Positions 49,356 through 60,768 of a DNA stretch of 64,000 bases are shown here, piece after piece (within the stretch, counting starts at the first letter, position 1; each line of letters begins with the position of its first letter). This stretch comes from an uncultured Clostridium sp. Its GTDB lineage: Bacteria; Bacillota; Clostridia; TANB77; CAG-508. Position numbers and translations under genes: made by a program. Where the stretch lies: positions 4,976 through 68,975 of the forward strand of contig CAMSWH010000002.1 of assembly GCA_947064765.1 (NCBI GenBank). Reading direction: 5' to 3'. The notes under the pieces were generated by a model. That model was not told the DNA's origin and did no database searches. It saw only the letters and a list, made by a program, of their open reading frames with translations.

Positions 49356-50606
49356 TTATTTTTCTATAATTACATTTTCTATATCTTCACAAATTAAATT
49401 TATCTCTTTTTCTTCACCTGTTTTCATATTTTTTATCTTAGCAGATTTAGTTTTTATTTCATTTTCTCCAATTACTAAAAGAAATCTTGCACCAATTTTG
49501 TCTGCATATTTCATTTGAGCTTTAAAACTTCTTTCAAATATATCTTTTTCTATTATAAAGCCTTTTTCTCTTAAGTATTGAGATAATTCTAATGCCTTTA
49601 TATTCTCCTCTTCTCCTAAAGAAAGTATGTATAAATCTGGCATTTGGTCTAATTTTTTTTCATTATTTTCATTATACATTTCCATTAATCTTTCTACACC
49701 TGTTGCAAATCCAACTGCTGGAGTAGATGTTCCACCAAATTCTTCTACTAATCCATCATATCTTCCACCACCAAGTACTGTAAGACCTGTTTTTCCATCT
49801 ACAAATTCAAATACTGTTTTTGTATAATAATCTAATCCTCTAACTATACTGCTATCTATTTTGAAGTCAACATTTACTTTTTTTAACATTAATTTTACAT
49901 TTTCAAAATGTTCCTTACATTCTTCACATAAATAATCAATCATCATTGGAGCACCTTGATTTAATTCTTTACATTTTTTTTCTTTACAATCTAATATTCT
50001 CATTGGATTCTTTTCAAATCTTGTCTTGCAAATATCACAATATTCTTCTAGATTTTTACCAATAAATTCTCTTAATATCTTTTGATATTCTGCTCTACAT
50101 CTTGGACACCCAATACTATTAATATTAAGTTCAATATTAGGAATATTTAGAGTTTTAAATATTTCATTTGCCATTAATATAGCATCAACATCTGCTAAAT
50201 AACTTTTTGAACCAATAAGCTCAGCTCCTATTTGATGAAATTCTCTAAGTCTTCCTTTTTGTACATTTTCATATCTATACATTCCCATATTATACCAAAG
50301 TTTAACAGGGCTTGACATACTTCCCATACCATTTTCTAAATATGCTCTTACTACACCTGCTGTTCCTTCTGGTCTTAGTGTAATACTTCTTCCACCTTTA
50401 TCATCAAAAGTATACATTTCTTTTTGAACAACATCTGTAGTTTCTCCCACTCCTCTTTGGAATAATTCTGTATATTCAAATACTGGAACTCTAATTTCTT
50501 TAAAATTATAGCTAGTTAATACTTTTTTTACTTTTTCTTCTACTTCTTGCCATTTATAACTCTCATCTGGCAAAAGATCTCTTGTTCCTTTTGGTTTTTG
50601 TATCAT
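49356..50606 (-). CDS. hisS: Histidine--tRNA ligase
   Basis: KGTRDLLP, LRPEGT, FHQIGAE, GGGRYDGL. Confidence 0.95.
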   Translation of the reverse strand: MIQKPKGTRDLLPDESYKWQEVEEKVKKVLTSYNFKEIRVPVFEYTELFQRGVGETTDVVQKEMYTFDDKGGRSITLRPEGTAGVVRAYLENGMGSMSSPVKLWYNMGMYRYENVQKGRLREFHQIGAELIGSKSYLADVDAILMANEIFKTLNIPNIELNINSIGCPRCRAEYQKILREFIGKNLEEYCDICKTRFEKNPMRILDCKEKKCKELNQGAPMMIDYLCEECKEHFENVKLMLKKVNVDFKIDSSIVRGLDYYTKTVFEFVDGKTGLTVLGGGRYDGLVEEFGGTSTPAVGFATGVERLMEMYNENNEKKLDQMPDLYILSLGEEENIKALELSQYLREKGFIIEKDIFERSFKAQMKYADKIGARFLLVIGENEIKTKSAKIKNMKTGEEKEINLICEDIENVIIEK

Positions 50607-50609
50607 AAC

Positions 50610-51260
50610 TTAAAACTCCTTTGCTTTTAATTCTAAATATATATTTCTTTCATCTTGTATCATTGTTATTTTTCCATGTCCTGGATATACTATTGTATCA
50701 TCTGGAAGTGGCATTAATTTATCTGTTATTGATGTTATTATTTCTACAAAATTACCTGTTGGCAGATCTGTTCTTCCCCAAGTTCCAGAAAATAATGTAT
50801 CACCTGTAAAAATTAATCCCTCTTTTTCAGAATACAAGCATAAACCGCCTTTTGTATGACCTGGTGTTGCAATTACTTTAAATTCTAATTCTCCAATATG
50901 AATTAAATCTTCATCATCAATTCTTGAATCGGCCTCTAATTCTGGTTTTTCCATATTAATATAATAAGCAAGATTAATTTCTTCATTATATAATCCTTCA
51001 CTATCAGGTCTACTTATTAATATTTTTCCGCCCTTTAATCTTTTAAGTTCTGCAATTCCACCAATATGATCTGCATGACAATGTGTTATAAAAATATATT
51101 TTAAATTTGCTTCTAATATATCTAAGACCTCAGCAATTCTTGAAGGTTCTCCTCCGGGATCTATAACCATTGCCTCTTTTGTTTTCTCATCACATACTAC
51201 ATAAGAATTAGTTTTTAATCCTGCTTGTGGCGTAGTTACTTGTAATCTTTTTAATATCAT
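50610..51260 (-). CDS. MBL-fold metallo-hydrolase
   Basis: HCHADHIGG motif; 216 aa. In the usual Clostridial position between relA and hisS. Confidence 0.85.
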   Translation of the reverse strand: MILKRLQVTTPQAGLKTNSYVVCDEKTKEAMVIDPGGEPSRIAEVLDILEANLKYIFITHCHADHIGGIAELKRLKGGKILISRPDSEGLYNEEINLAYYINMEKPELEADSRIDDEDLIHIGELEFKVIATPGHTKGGLCLYSEKEGLIFTGDTLFSGTWGRTDLPTGNFVEIITSITDKLMPLPDDTIVYPGHGKITMIQDERNIYLELKAKEF

Positions 51261-51277
51261 TTGTACTCTCCTTTTTA

Positions 51278-53476
51278 TTAACCTCTTTTTCTGTTAACAT
51301 CATAAACGCTTTCAACATTTCTAAAAGCTGATAATGCTTTATTTAAAATATTTATATTTTCAACTTCTAAAGATAAATCAATAATTGCAATAGCTTCTTT
51401 AGTAGTTCTAGTATTCATACCATTTAACTTAATTTTAGTATTTTCAACTTGTTTGATGATATCCTTTAATAATCCACTTCTATCATTTGCCAATATCTCA
51501 ATTTCAACTTTATATGAACCATTAACATCATCAAACCAATATACATCTATCATTCTATTTTCTTCATTTAATAAATCTTTTACATTTGCACAATCTGTAC
51601 GATGAACTGAAACTCCTCTTCCTTTTGTGATATATCCTACAATTTCATCTCCTGGTAATGGATTACAGCATTTTGAAAGTTTTACTAAACAATTATCAAT
51701 ACCTTTTACTACAACACCTGTCTTTGATGGTTTTATTCTTGTTGGTTTTGCTTTTGCAAGTTCTTCTATTTTTTCTTCAAAATCTTCATCTTCATGTTCT
51801 TTTCTATATTCATCTAATAGTCTTGCCATTAATTTATTAACAGATATTCCACCAAATCCAATGCTTGCATATAAATCATCAACACTTGCAAATTTATATC
51901 TATCTATTGCCATTTGTAACCATTCTGGTCTTACTAAATCAGAATATTTTATACCTAATTTTTTTACTTCTTTTTCTATAAGTTCTTTACCTTTTTCAAT
52001 ATTCTCTGATCTTTGAGCTCTTTTAAACCATTGATTAATTCTTGTTTTGGCAGAAGAACTTTTTACAAACTTAAGCCAATCACGACTAGGTCCTTTTGAC
52101 TGTTCTGATGTAATTATTTCTACAATATCACCATTTCTTAAAGGTGTTATAATAGGCATCATTTTGCTATTAATTTTACATCCTACCATTTTATGACCTA
52201 TTTGCTCATGAATACTATATGCAAAATCTATTGGTGTTGCATCTTTTGGCAATACTTTAATCATTCCTTTTGGAGTAAAAATATATACTTCATCTTCAAA
52301 TAATTCTGTTTTTAATGTATTTAAAAATTCATCTGGATTTTCAGTATTCTTTTGCCATTCTAGAGTTTCACGAAGCCAAGCAAGTTTATCGTCTGTAACA
52401 ACTACATTTTTTTTAGTTCCTTTATTACTTGCTTCTTTATATGCCCAGTGAGCCGCAATACCAAATTCTGCTGTTCTATGCATATCCCATGTACGTATTT
52501 GTACTTCAAAAGGTGTACCTTTTGGACCTAAAAGAGTTGTATGTATTGATTGATACATATTCTTTTTAGGTACAGCTATATAATCTTTAAATCTTCCTGG
52601 CATTGGTGTATACATTTCATGAACTATACCTAGCACAGCATAACAATCTTTTACATTATCAACTAATATTCTTAATGCAAATAAATCATAAATTTGATCT
52701 AAAGTTTTATTATCTCTTTGCATTTTTCTATAAATACTATATATATGTTTAGCTCTTCCTGTTACATCTGCTTTTATTCCTTCATCTTTTATTTCTTCTT
52801 GTAAATCGTCTTGTATTTTCTCTAAAAATTTTAATCTTTCTTCTCTTTTTTTATCCAATCCATTAATAATCTCGTGGAATTCTTCTGGATGAAGATATTT
52901 GAAACTTAAATCTTCTAATTCCCATTTTAAAGAATAGATACCAAGTCTATTTGCAAGAGGAGCATATAAATCTTGTGTCTCTTTGGCATTTGCTATTTGT
53001 CTGTCTCTTGACAAATATTTTAAAGTTCTCATATTATGCAATCTATCTGCCAACTTAATTAAAATAACTCTTATGTCTTTTCCCATTGCAAGAAACATTT
53101 TTCTATAGTTTTCAACCTGTTGTTCCTCAGCAGTTGTATATCTTAAAGTTCCAAGTTTTGTAACTCCTGCTACCATTTCAGCAATTGCTTCTCCAAATTC
53201 ATTTACCATATCTTCATGTGTTACTGGTGTATCTTCAACAACATCATGAAGAAGTGCTGCACATAAAGTTTCATCATCAAGCTCTAAATTTGCTAAAATA
53301 TACGCAACATTAACAGGATGAATCATATATGGTTCTCCCGATTTTCTGCATTGATCTCCATGATTTGTTTTAGCATATTCATAAGCTTTTCTTATAAGCT
53401 TGTCATTACAATTTGGATAATTCTCTTTTTGCTTATTTATAATATCATCTATTGTTACTTCTATATTTTCTGACAT
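51278..53476 (-). CDS. relA: Bifunctional (p)ppGpp synthetase/hydrolase (RelA/SpoT homologue)
   Basis: HD motif LLHDVVEDT, synthetase motif YQSIHTT, and TGS and ACT regions; 732 aa. Confidence 0.92.
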   Translation of the reverse strand: MSENIEVTIDDIINKQKENYPNCNDKLIRKAYEYAKTNHGDQCRKSGEPYMIHPVNVAYILANLELDDETLCAALLHDVVEDTPVTHEDMVNEFGEAIAEMVAGVTKLGTLRYTTAEEQQVENYRKMFLAMGKDIRVILIKLADRLHNMRTLKYLSRDRQIANAKETQDLYAPLANRLGIYSLKWELEDLSFKYLHPEEFHEIINGLDKKREERLKFLEKIQDDLQEEIKDEGIKADVTGRAKHIYSIYRKMQRDNKTLDQIYDLFALRILVDNVKDCYAVLGIVHEMYTPMPGRFKDYIAVPKKNMYQSIHTTLLGPKGTPFEVQIRTWDMHRTAEFGIAAHWAYKEASNKGTKKNVVVTDDKLAWLRETLEWQKNTENPDEFLNTLKTELFEDEVYIFTPKGMIKVLPKDATPIDFAYSIHEQIGHKMVGCKINSKMMPIITPLRNGDIVEIITSEQSKGPSRDWLKFVKSSSAKTRINQWFKRAQRSENIEKGKELIEKEVKKLGIKYSDLVRPEWLQMAIDRYKFASVDDLYASIGFGGISVNKLMARLLDEYRKEHEDEDFEEKIEELAKAKPTRIKPSKTGVVVKGIDNCLVKLSKCCNPLPGDEIVGYITKGRGVSVHRTDCANVKDLLNEENRMIDVYWFDDVNGSYKVEIEILANDRSGLLKDIIKQVENTKIKLNGMNTRTTKEAIAIIDLSLEVENINILNKALSAFRNVESVYDVNRKRG

Positions 53477-53502
53477 ATTAAAATCCCCTCTTTATGTATC
53501 TA

Positions 53503-55191
53503 TTAATATGATTTTCTAATATCTTTCATATTTATTTGTACACTTTCTACCCCATTAAAACTATTTATTTCTAAAACACCTATAACATCTATTTTATCAC
53601 CTATTAAATATTCTTCTGAATATTTACCCATATTAAATCCTATGGCATTTATTATAGTATTTTCATCTTTCAATGTTAATTTCAAATGCTTTCCTTCTGA
53701 TAAAGCTCTTATTGAGTCTATTCTAAAATTTCTATATATAAATATTGGTGTTTTATTTGCTTCTCCAAATGGTTCTAACAATTTTAAACTTTTTACACTT
53801 TCTAATGTTATGTCTTTTAAATTTATTTCTTTATCTATTTTTATTACTGAAACAGCTTCTTCTGTATGAGCTTCTTGTGCTATTTTTTCAAATTCATTTC
53901 TAAAATCTTCAAACTTATCTTTTTTTAAACTAAGTCCAACAGCCATTTCATGTCCGCCGTATTTTTCCAAATATTCGCTTACACTACATAAAGCAGCATG
54001 TAAATCAAATCCTGGTATACTTCTCCCAGATCCTTTCCCATCTTCTCCTTCAAAACAAACTAATATGCTTGGTTTAAAATATAATTCTGTTATTTTAGAT
54101 GCAACTATCCCAATTACTCCATGATGCCAATTTTCTGATCCTATTACAATACTATTATTTTTATCTAAGTTCTCTTGTTCAATTTTTGAAATTGCTTCAT
54201 CAAAAATTCTTTTTTCAATATCTTGTCTTTTTCTATTATATTCATTTAAATTTTGAGTAATTTTGTTTGCTTGATTAATATTTTCTGTTAAAAATAAATC
54301 TAAAGCATCTCTTTCATGCCCCATTCTTCCGCAAGCATTTATTCTAGGAGCAATTCCAAAAGAAACAGTATTTGAATTTACCTCTTTATAACCAGCTGCA
54401 ATTAATAATGCTTTTACTCCAGGTGATCTCGTATCTTCTACAAGTTTTAAACCCAGTTTTGCTATAACCCTATTTTCATCAACTAAAGGTACTATATCTG
54501 AAATTGTTCCAATACATACTATATCTAAAAATTTTAAATATTCTTTTTCTTCTAAACCTAATTTTATTCCTATTGCTTGTGTTAACTTAAAAGCAACTCC
54601 TACACCAGCTAAACTATTAAATGGGTATTTATTATCTTTTCTTTTACAATCAATTACAGCTAAAGCTTTAGGTAACACTTCTAGTGGTTCATGATGGTCT
54701 GTAACAATTACTTCCATACCTAAACTATATGCATAATCAACTTCTTCAGTTCCAGAAATTCCACAGTCTACTGTAATTATTAATTTATATCCTTCATCTG
54801 CAATCTGTTTTATTGCAGTTTTATTTAATCCATATCCTTCATTTAAACGATTTGGTATATATGAACCTACATCTAAACCTCGTTCTTTTAAGAATTTTGA
54901 AAGTACTGTTATACTTGTAATTCCATCAACATCATAATCACCATAAATTATTGTTTTCTCTTTTTTAGTAATTGCTTCAATAATTCTATCTACTGCCTGT
55001 TTCATATCTGGCATTAAATATGGATCGTGGAAATTATTTCTAGTTGGATTTAAAAATATTTTTACATCTTCATCTTCGACTATTTCTCTATTTACTAAAA
55101 CTGTTGCTAATAATTCTGATATATTAAATTTTTCCGATATTTCTTTTACTTTATCTATATCTGAATTATAAAATTCCCATTTTTTATTCAT
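53503..55191 (-). CDS. recJ: Single-stranded-DNA-specific exonuclease RecJ
   Basis: DHH motifs YGDYDVDGITS and IVTDHHEP, and DHHA1 motif GGHEMAVG. Confidence 0.9.
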   Translation of the reverse strand: MNKKWEFYNSDIDKVKEISEKFNISELLATVLVNREIVEDEDVKIFLNPTRNNFHDPYLMPDMKQAVDRIIEAITKKEKTIIYGDYDVDGITSITVLSKFLKERGLDVGSYIPNRLNEGYGLNKTAIKQIADEGYKLIITVDCGISGTEEVDYAYSLGMEVIVTDHHEPLEVLPKALAVIDCKRKDNKYPFNSLAGVGVAFKLTQAIGIKLGLEEKEYLKFLDIVCIGTISDIVPLVDENRVIAKLGLKLVEDTRSPGVKALLIAAGYKEVNSNTVSFGIAPRINACGRMGHERDALDLFLTENINQANKITQNLNEYNRKRQDIEKRIFDEAISKIEQENLDKNNSIVIGSENWHHGVIGIVASKITELYFKPSILVCFEGEDGKGSGRSIPGFDLHAALCSVSEYLEKYGGHEMAVGLSLKKDKFEDFRNEFEKIAQEAHTEEAVSVIKIDKEINLKDITLESVKSLKLLEPFGEANKTPIFIYRNFRIDSIRALSEGKHLKLTLKDENTIINAIGFNMGKYSEEYLIGDKIDVIGVLEINSFNGVESVQINMKDIRKSY

Positions 55192-55362
55192 TCCTTTTCT
55201 CCTAAAATAATTTTTTCCTTAATATTATATACCAAAAAGCAAATAATTGGTAGATTTTTTAACAAAATATTACTTTTTTATATAATTTTTATACTTTAAT
55301 ATTAAATTACATTTCTTATTTATAAATCTATTCCAATAGAACAAAAGAGCCACTTTAAGCTT

Positions 55363-55392
55363 AGACATGTGAAGGTTGTTGTTGTCTAAATT
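55363..55392. repeat. Solo copy of the 30-nt box from the 22737-22870 element
   Basis: agacatgtgaaggttgttgttgtctaaatt is 27/30 identical to the left arm at 22737-22766. Confidence 0.75.
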
Positions 55393-55446
55393 TTATAATA
55401 TAATAAAAGTGTAACTGATATTATAAAATCAATTACACTTTAAAAT

Positions 55447-57087
55447 CTATTTAATTTTGTGTTTTCTTATAAAAATAATTATGCACGCAATTATACCAGC
55501 TAAAGAAACTACATAGCTCACTTTTTGAAGCATAGTTCCATCATACCAAACTATTATCTTTCCTTCTTGACTTTTATCAAGTTTAACTCTTACTAAGCCT
55601 TTTTCACTCTTTTCTATTTCTAAATTAACAATTTCTCCTGAAGTTTTTTCTAAATTGGCTTTATATCCTTTATAATAAATATATGGCATATCAAACCAAC
55701 TACTATTATCTTGGTATTCAAATTCACATCTTAAATTATCTTTTTTTATTTCAACTCTATCTCCTGAACTTGAAATTGCTTGATTTTGATTTGTAAGTTC
55801 TTCATAATTTACTTCTAGTGGTAAATACTCTTTTCCACCACCAATTGAAGTTGGTGAAGAATACATCTCTGTTTGAATTTGCTCAGCTGTTTTCACTCCT
55901 TCCACATTATTATTAATATCATTAAAATTCATATATTCTATAGAAAAATACATAGAAATTATTAATATGCTACACATAATAAATTCTAATTTTATATTTA
56001 ATTTTTCTGAATATTCTTTTACTATCAAAGCTATTGTAATTGCTGATATAACTGTTATTATTCCTAAAAGTCTCCACTTAAACTGTATTATATTTGAAAA
56101 CTTGTTTGTATATTTCCAAAAACTAAAATTAACTATTAATACTATAAATAATATTAACAATAAAATAAATGTTTTTGTTTTTTTACTTATGTTTTTATCA
56201 AAAATTCCATATATTATAAGTGGCATAAACAATGTTATTACCATTCCTATACTATATCTTTCAGTTCCAAATAAATCTATTAATCTAAATTCATCAGCTC
56301 CTATATTAGTCCAAGGAACAGAAAACATATATGTTTGAGTAGTCCATGCTTCTAACATTGGAAGCCAAAAAGAACAAGTAACTATTGCCACTAAAACAGC
56401 TGTTACTACTAATTTTAGAAACTTCTTTAAATCTTTTATTGTACTTTTTATATTTAATAAAAAATATAATATACAGAATATTGTACAAATTAATGTAGAT
56501 ATTAAATGAGTGTGTATCAATCCTACAAAACCTATAAATAATAGATAGGGTTTCTTAAAATCTTTATAAACATAATCATACATTCCTGAAATTACAGGAA
56601 TTATAAAAATATAACCTAAGAATTCTCCTAAAGCAAATCTTTGATATAAGTTTAGTATAAGTACTCTTGAAAGCATTATAATTATTGTTCCAATCAATGC
56701 TGATTTATTTTCTTCTGTTATATTTTTTATCGAAATATATGTTATAAAAAACATTAAGAAAAACATAAGAACAATAAAAATTTTATATGATAAAATAAGT
56801 CCAATTCCAAATAAACAAATTACTGCTGGAATATACAAAAAAAGATTAGAATAAAATAGTCCACTTCCATATCCATAAGTATTTGCAAGAGGTGCATGAA
56901 CCTTTACAGGAAATGCACCATTTCTTAGCATTTGTTCTATACTTTGAATTCTAGAAATATGATAATCATAATCATCACCTATTACTAGGCTTTTCTGCAT
57001 AAGAGGTAATGATAATATAAAAATAACAAAAAATGCTACTAATATAACTACTTTATTCTCATCTAAAATTTTTTTTATTTTTTCCAT
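55447..57087 (-). CDS. Polytopic membrane protein, possibly a GT-C-type glycosyltransferase (YfhO/PTPS-related-like)
   Basis: At least 12 TM segments plus a C-terminal soluble domain. The N-terminal segment GDDYDYHISRI...GAFP...YGYGSGLFYSNLF recalls the D-x-x-x-H...R...GYG...FY pattern of that family; this is from memory and unverified. Confidence 0.4.
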   Translation of the reverse strand: MEKIKKILDENKVVILVAFFVIFILSLPLMQKSLVIGDDYDYHISRIQSIEQMLRNGAFPVKVHAPLANTYGYGSGLFYSNLFLYIPAVICLFGIGLILSYKIFIVLMFFLMFFITYISIKNITEENKSALIGTIIIMLSRVLILNLYQRFALGEFLGYIFIIPVISGMYDYVYKDFKKPYLLFIGFVGLIHTHLISTLICTIFCILYFLLNIKSTIKDLKKFLKLVVTAVLVAIVTCSFWLPMLEAWTTQTYMFSVPWTNIGADEFRLIDLFGTERYSIGMVITLFMPLIIYGIFDKNISKKTKTFILLLILFIVLIVNFSFWKYTNKFSNIIQFKWRLLGIITVISAITIALIVKEYSEKLNIKLEFIMCSILIISMYFSIEYMNFNDINNNVEGVKTAEQIQTEMYSSPTSIGGGKEYLPLEVNYEELTNQNQAISSSGDRVEIKKDNLRCEFEYQDNSSWFDMPYIYYKGYKANLEKTSGEIVNLEIEKSEKGLVRVKLDKSQEGKIIVWYDGTMLQKVSYVVSLAGIIACIIIFIRKHKIK

Positions 57088-57107
57088 TTATTATATTCTC
57101 CAACATC

Positions 57108-57440
57108 CTATAAAACGTCTTTAATCGCTTCTCCTATAATTTTATTTACATCTGCAATTAAAACATTAAATCTTACTTCTTTATCAAAATAATCTTTAAC
57201 TTTCGGATTTTTTACTAATATTTCGTAAAGTTCATGAAGCTTTTTCATTTTTTCCTCACTTTGATTTTCTCCTTGCATAGCTAAAAGTTGTTCTTCATAG
57301 CGGATTTTTTCAAATTCATCTATTTGACTCTTTAATTCTGGTAAAGCTGATAATTCATTTTTTATTTCTTTGTATTCTTTATATTCTTTTGAATCTTTTA
57401 TAGCTTTAGCTAAATTATTTACTTCATCATATACATTCAT
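57108..57440 (-). CDS. YlbF/YmcA-family protein
   Basis: About 110-aa helical protein. Start at ATG 57440, after AGGAGAG. The sequence LAKAIKDSKEYKEYKE...IDEFEK...LYEIL is typical of UPF0342. Confidence 0.65.
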   Translation of the reverse strand: MNVYDEVNNLAKAIKDSKEYKEYKEIKNELSALPELKSQIDEFEKIRYEEQLLAMQGENQSEEKMKKLHELYEILVKNPKVKDYFDKEVRFNVLIADVNKIIGEAIKDVL

Positions 57441-57520
57441 ATCTTCTCTCCTATCTGTCACATATAAATGTGTCTATTATTGGACTCAAATGTCCTTTAA
57501 TAAATGTCACAAAATAGACA

Positions 57521-59110
57521 TTAATAATAAATCATATAATCAATTTCTGGAAAAATATCATCTTTATCAAATACTTCTAATAAATATTTTGCATCAATTT
57601 TATCATTTTTTATTTGATAATATAATTTAGTAAATCTTCCAATATGGTCTTTTATGGCTTTATGAGCATATTCTACCATAGTTCCATTTGTTATTATAAA
57701 AAGCCAATCACTACTTTGTGCTAAAAGTAATTCTCTTGCACATTGATTTAAAGCTTGTCTTTTTAAAGTATCACCTTCATTTGGAAATTTTCTTGCTAGT
57801 TCACACATTCTGTCTCCTGCTTTATGAAGATGTCTATGTGCATAATCATTAGTTGGATTTAACCAAACTTCACTATACCCATTTGCTCCCCAACTTGAAC
57901 GACATGGCGTTGATACCTGCATTTGTGGATATTTGTCAATATATTCTCCTGGTGTAATTAATTCAAAATTACAATCATCATAATAAATTTTCTTAAATAA
58001 AATATATAACCAATATGGTCCTTCATACCACCAATGTCCATAAAGTTCTGCATCATATGGACAGGTAATTATTGGTGGAACTTGCATATAATTTGATAAA
58101 TGTTCTATTTGCTCTGTTCTACAATTCATAAAATGTCCTGCTTGCTTTTCTGCAGAATCTTTTGCCCACTGAACATCATAATAATCCTTCTGGCAATCTT
58201 TTCCTGTAATTCTATAATACTTTATTCCAGTGTTTACTCTTACACCATTACATGCTATATATGGTTTTATATAATCATAATCACAGTCATATCCAATATC
58301 TCTATAAAATTCTCTATAATTAAAATCTCCAGGATATCCTGAAATAGAACTCCATACTTGTCTTGAAGATTCTAAATCTCTTGCAAAAGCTACTAATCCA
58401 CCATGAGAAACTATTGGTGCATAAGTACCATAAATAGGTGTTGGATCTGCATATAGTACTCCATGGGTTTCAACTATTGCATATTCTATTCCAAATTCTT
58501 TTAAATATTTATCAGCTTCTGGAATATATCCACATTCTGGAAGCCATATTCCTCTAGGTTGTTTTCCAAAGTATTTTTTATAAGTTTGAACTCCAACTGC
58601 AATTTGAGCTCTAACTGTTTTTTCATTAACATACAGAATTGGAAAATATCCATGTGTTGCTCCACAAGTTATAATTTCCAAAAATCCTGCATCTTGAAAA
58701 TGTTTAAATCCTGTAATTATATTACATTTATAAACATCTTTAAAAATGTATAAGTCATTTGTATATCTATCTAAATAATAATGAGATAAACTATTTAATC
58801 TAGCATCATAAACAGTTCTTTTCACTTCTTTTTCGCATAACTCTATATGTTTTTCTAAGTATTTTATATATCTTTCTTGTAATAATTTATTATCTAACAT
58901 ATTTAAAAGTGGTGGTGTCATTGTCATTGTTATTCTAAATTTAACATTTTCTTCTTCTAATTTCTTAAAATTCAGAAGTAACGGTATATATGTTTCTGAT
59001 ATTGCCTCAAATAACCACTCTTCTTCTAAATAGTCTTCACTTTCTGGATGATGTATATATGGCAAATGTGCATGTAAAACAAAGTTAACATATCCTTTTA
59101 CATTTTTCAT
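57521..59110 (-). CDS. GH57-family 1,4-alpha-glucan branching enzyme
   Basis: N-terminal GYVNFVLHAHLPYIHHPE. 529 aa is the length typical of GH57 branching enzymes. Confidence 0.8.
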   Translation of the reverse strand: MKNVKGYVNFVLHAHLPYIHHPESEDYLEEEWLFEAISETYIPLLLNFKKLEEENVKFRITMTMTPPLLNMLDNKLLQERYIKYLEKHIELCEKEVKRTVYDARLNSLSHYYLDRYTNDLYIFKDVYKCNIITGFKHFQDAGFLEIITCGATHGYFPILYVNEKTVRAQIAVGVQTYKKYFGKQPRGIWLPECGYIPEADKYLKEFGIEYAIVETHGVLYADPTPIYGTYAPIVSHGGLVAFARDLESSRQVWSSISGYPGDFNYREFYRDIGYDCDYDYIKPYIACNGVRVNTGIKYYRITGKDCQKDYYDVQWAKDSAEKQAGHFMNCRTEQIEHLSNYMQVPPIITCPYDAELYGHWWYEGPYWLYILFKKIYYDDCNFELITPGEYIDKYPQMQVSTPCRSSWGANGYSEVWLNPTNDYAHRHLHKAGDRMCELARKFPNEGDTLKRQALNQCARELLLAQSSDWLFIITNGTMVEYAHKAIKDHIGRFTKLYYQIKNDKIDAKYLLEVFDKDDIFPEIDYMIYY

Positions 59111-59188
59111 TTATTAATTTCCTTTCAAAAACTTTAAAAGCACAATTTTGCACTCTTAAACTCAAATTAATTCTTACATTAATTTATT

Positions 59189-60394
59189 TTATTTAAAACT
59201 TGAACTTGAAAGATTTGATGATGGATTTGCCATATCAAACATACCATCTGAAATCTCATCTTTATATTGTTCATTATAAAATCCATCCACACTATAATTA
59301 TTTCCAAACGCATCTTTAAAATCGCCTATATCTTTTACAAATTCTTCATTTGTTTTTACATTTCTAAATGTTATAAATCTTGGTAAACTTTCTAATAAAA
59401 CATGATCATTTGGAGCCTCTAATTGATTAGAATTGGCAAGTGGCAAATAATCTGTTTTTAAAATTATATCTTCTTCCATTACTTTTGCAATATTAATATC
59501 ATGTGGAATTTGTCTAAATTTTCTTCCTAATTGTATTATATATTTATTCTTTGAATCTTGAATATCTATATACCAACTGTTTGCAAAATCATTTACTGCT
59601 ACTTCTTTTACATATTTTCTATCTTCATTATATACTAATAATACTGGATAGGTTTTTTCGAAAAAGTCTTCTCCAAAGGTTTGTATATATTTTTGTCTAT
59701 CACTATCTGATATATCCCAATATACAAATAATCTTTTTGGTGTTTGTGCAAGTATTTTTACTATTGTTTCATTATATCTATAAACTAAATCATAATATTC
59801 TAAACTATATTGTACTTTTTGAACTTCTTTTTTCTTAAGTATTTTTTTCTTTTCTTTGCTTTCTTTTTTATCTATTTCTTCTTTTCCTGCTTCTTCTTGC
59901 ATTGCTGCAATTTTTGCAATAAAATTCTTGATTTTCTCTATTACTGTTTCTTCATCAATCTTTTTTTCTAGTTCATTGTTTTCTATTTTCTTTATAGATT
60001 TTGTTTTAGTATCTTTATCTTTTACTTTTTTAGTTGTTGCTTTTTTTGCCACTGTTTTTTTGTCTGCAACTTTTTCATCTTTTTCTACTAATTGTTTAGT
60101 TGTATCCTTTTTATTAGTTTCTGCTTTAATATTTACTACTTTACTATTTGAAGCTTTTGAAGTAGTTTTTTTACTTTCATTTTTTACATTCTTTCCAGTT
60201 TCTTTTTTACTACTAACTTTTTTCTTAACCTCTTTTTCTACTTTTTGAGGAGTTGCTTTTTTAGTTTTCTCTGTAGTTAAATTAGAACTTCCATCTTTAT
60301 CTTTTACTTTTCTTGTGGAAGTACTTTTTCTGTTTTGACTGACTTTCTTTGATTCTTTTTCTAAATTTTCTTTAGAATCTTCTTTTTTTGGCAT
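59189..60394 (-). CDS. DUF4912-domain protein with a ~200-aa lysine-rich N-terminal region
   Basis: The C-terminal half (YYDLVYRYNETIVKILAQTPKRLFVYWDISD) matches the DUF4912 pattern, and this family usually neighbours GH57 genes. Confidence 0.6.
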   Translation of the reverse strand: MPKKEDSKENLEKESKKVSQNRKSTSTRKVKDKDGSSNLTTEKTKKATPQKVEKEVKKKVSSKKETGKNVKNESKKTTSKASNSKVVNIKAETNKKDTTKQLVEKDEKVADKKTVAKKATTKKVKDKDTKTKSIKKIENNELEKKIDEETVIEKIKNFIAKIAAMQEEAGKEEIDKKESKEKKKILKKKEVQKVQYSLEYYDLVYRYNETIVKILAQTPKRLFVYWDISDSDRQKYIQTFGEDFFEKTYPVLLVYNEDRKYVKEVAVNDFANSWYIDIQDSKNKYIIQLGRKFRQIPHDINIAKVMEEDIILKTDYLPLANSNQLEAPNDHVLLESLPRFITFRNVKTNEEFVKDIGDFKDAFGNNYSVDGFYNEQYKDEISDGMFDMANPSSNLSSSSFK

Positions 60395-60768
60395 TTTTTT
60401 ACATTCTCCTCCTTAGTATTTTATACATATTTTTTACTTTATTTATTTCTCAATTTAGTAATATTTTATATTATATCTGTAATATTCTAAAACTTCAATA
60501 GTAAATTTCTTTTTTTACAAATTTATTTCATTTGTTACATTTGTAACCAAAATGTTATGTATTTTTAAGTTTTTTTTTGTAAAAAGCTGTTTACTTTTGG
60601 TATTTTTTTATATACAATATACAAAGAAATTATAAAAAATATTAAAACTTTAAATTCAAGAAACTCAAGGCTTTTAAATCATTTACATTTTTTAGAAAAG
60701 ACTTGACAACATTTTTTTATTTTTATTTTTTATTAACTAAAGATTATCGAAAGGAGTACTTTTTAAGA

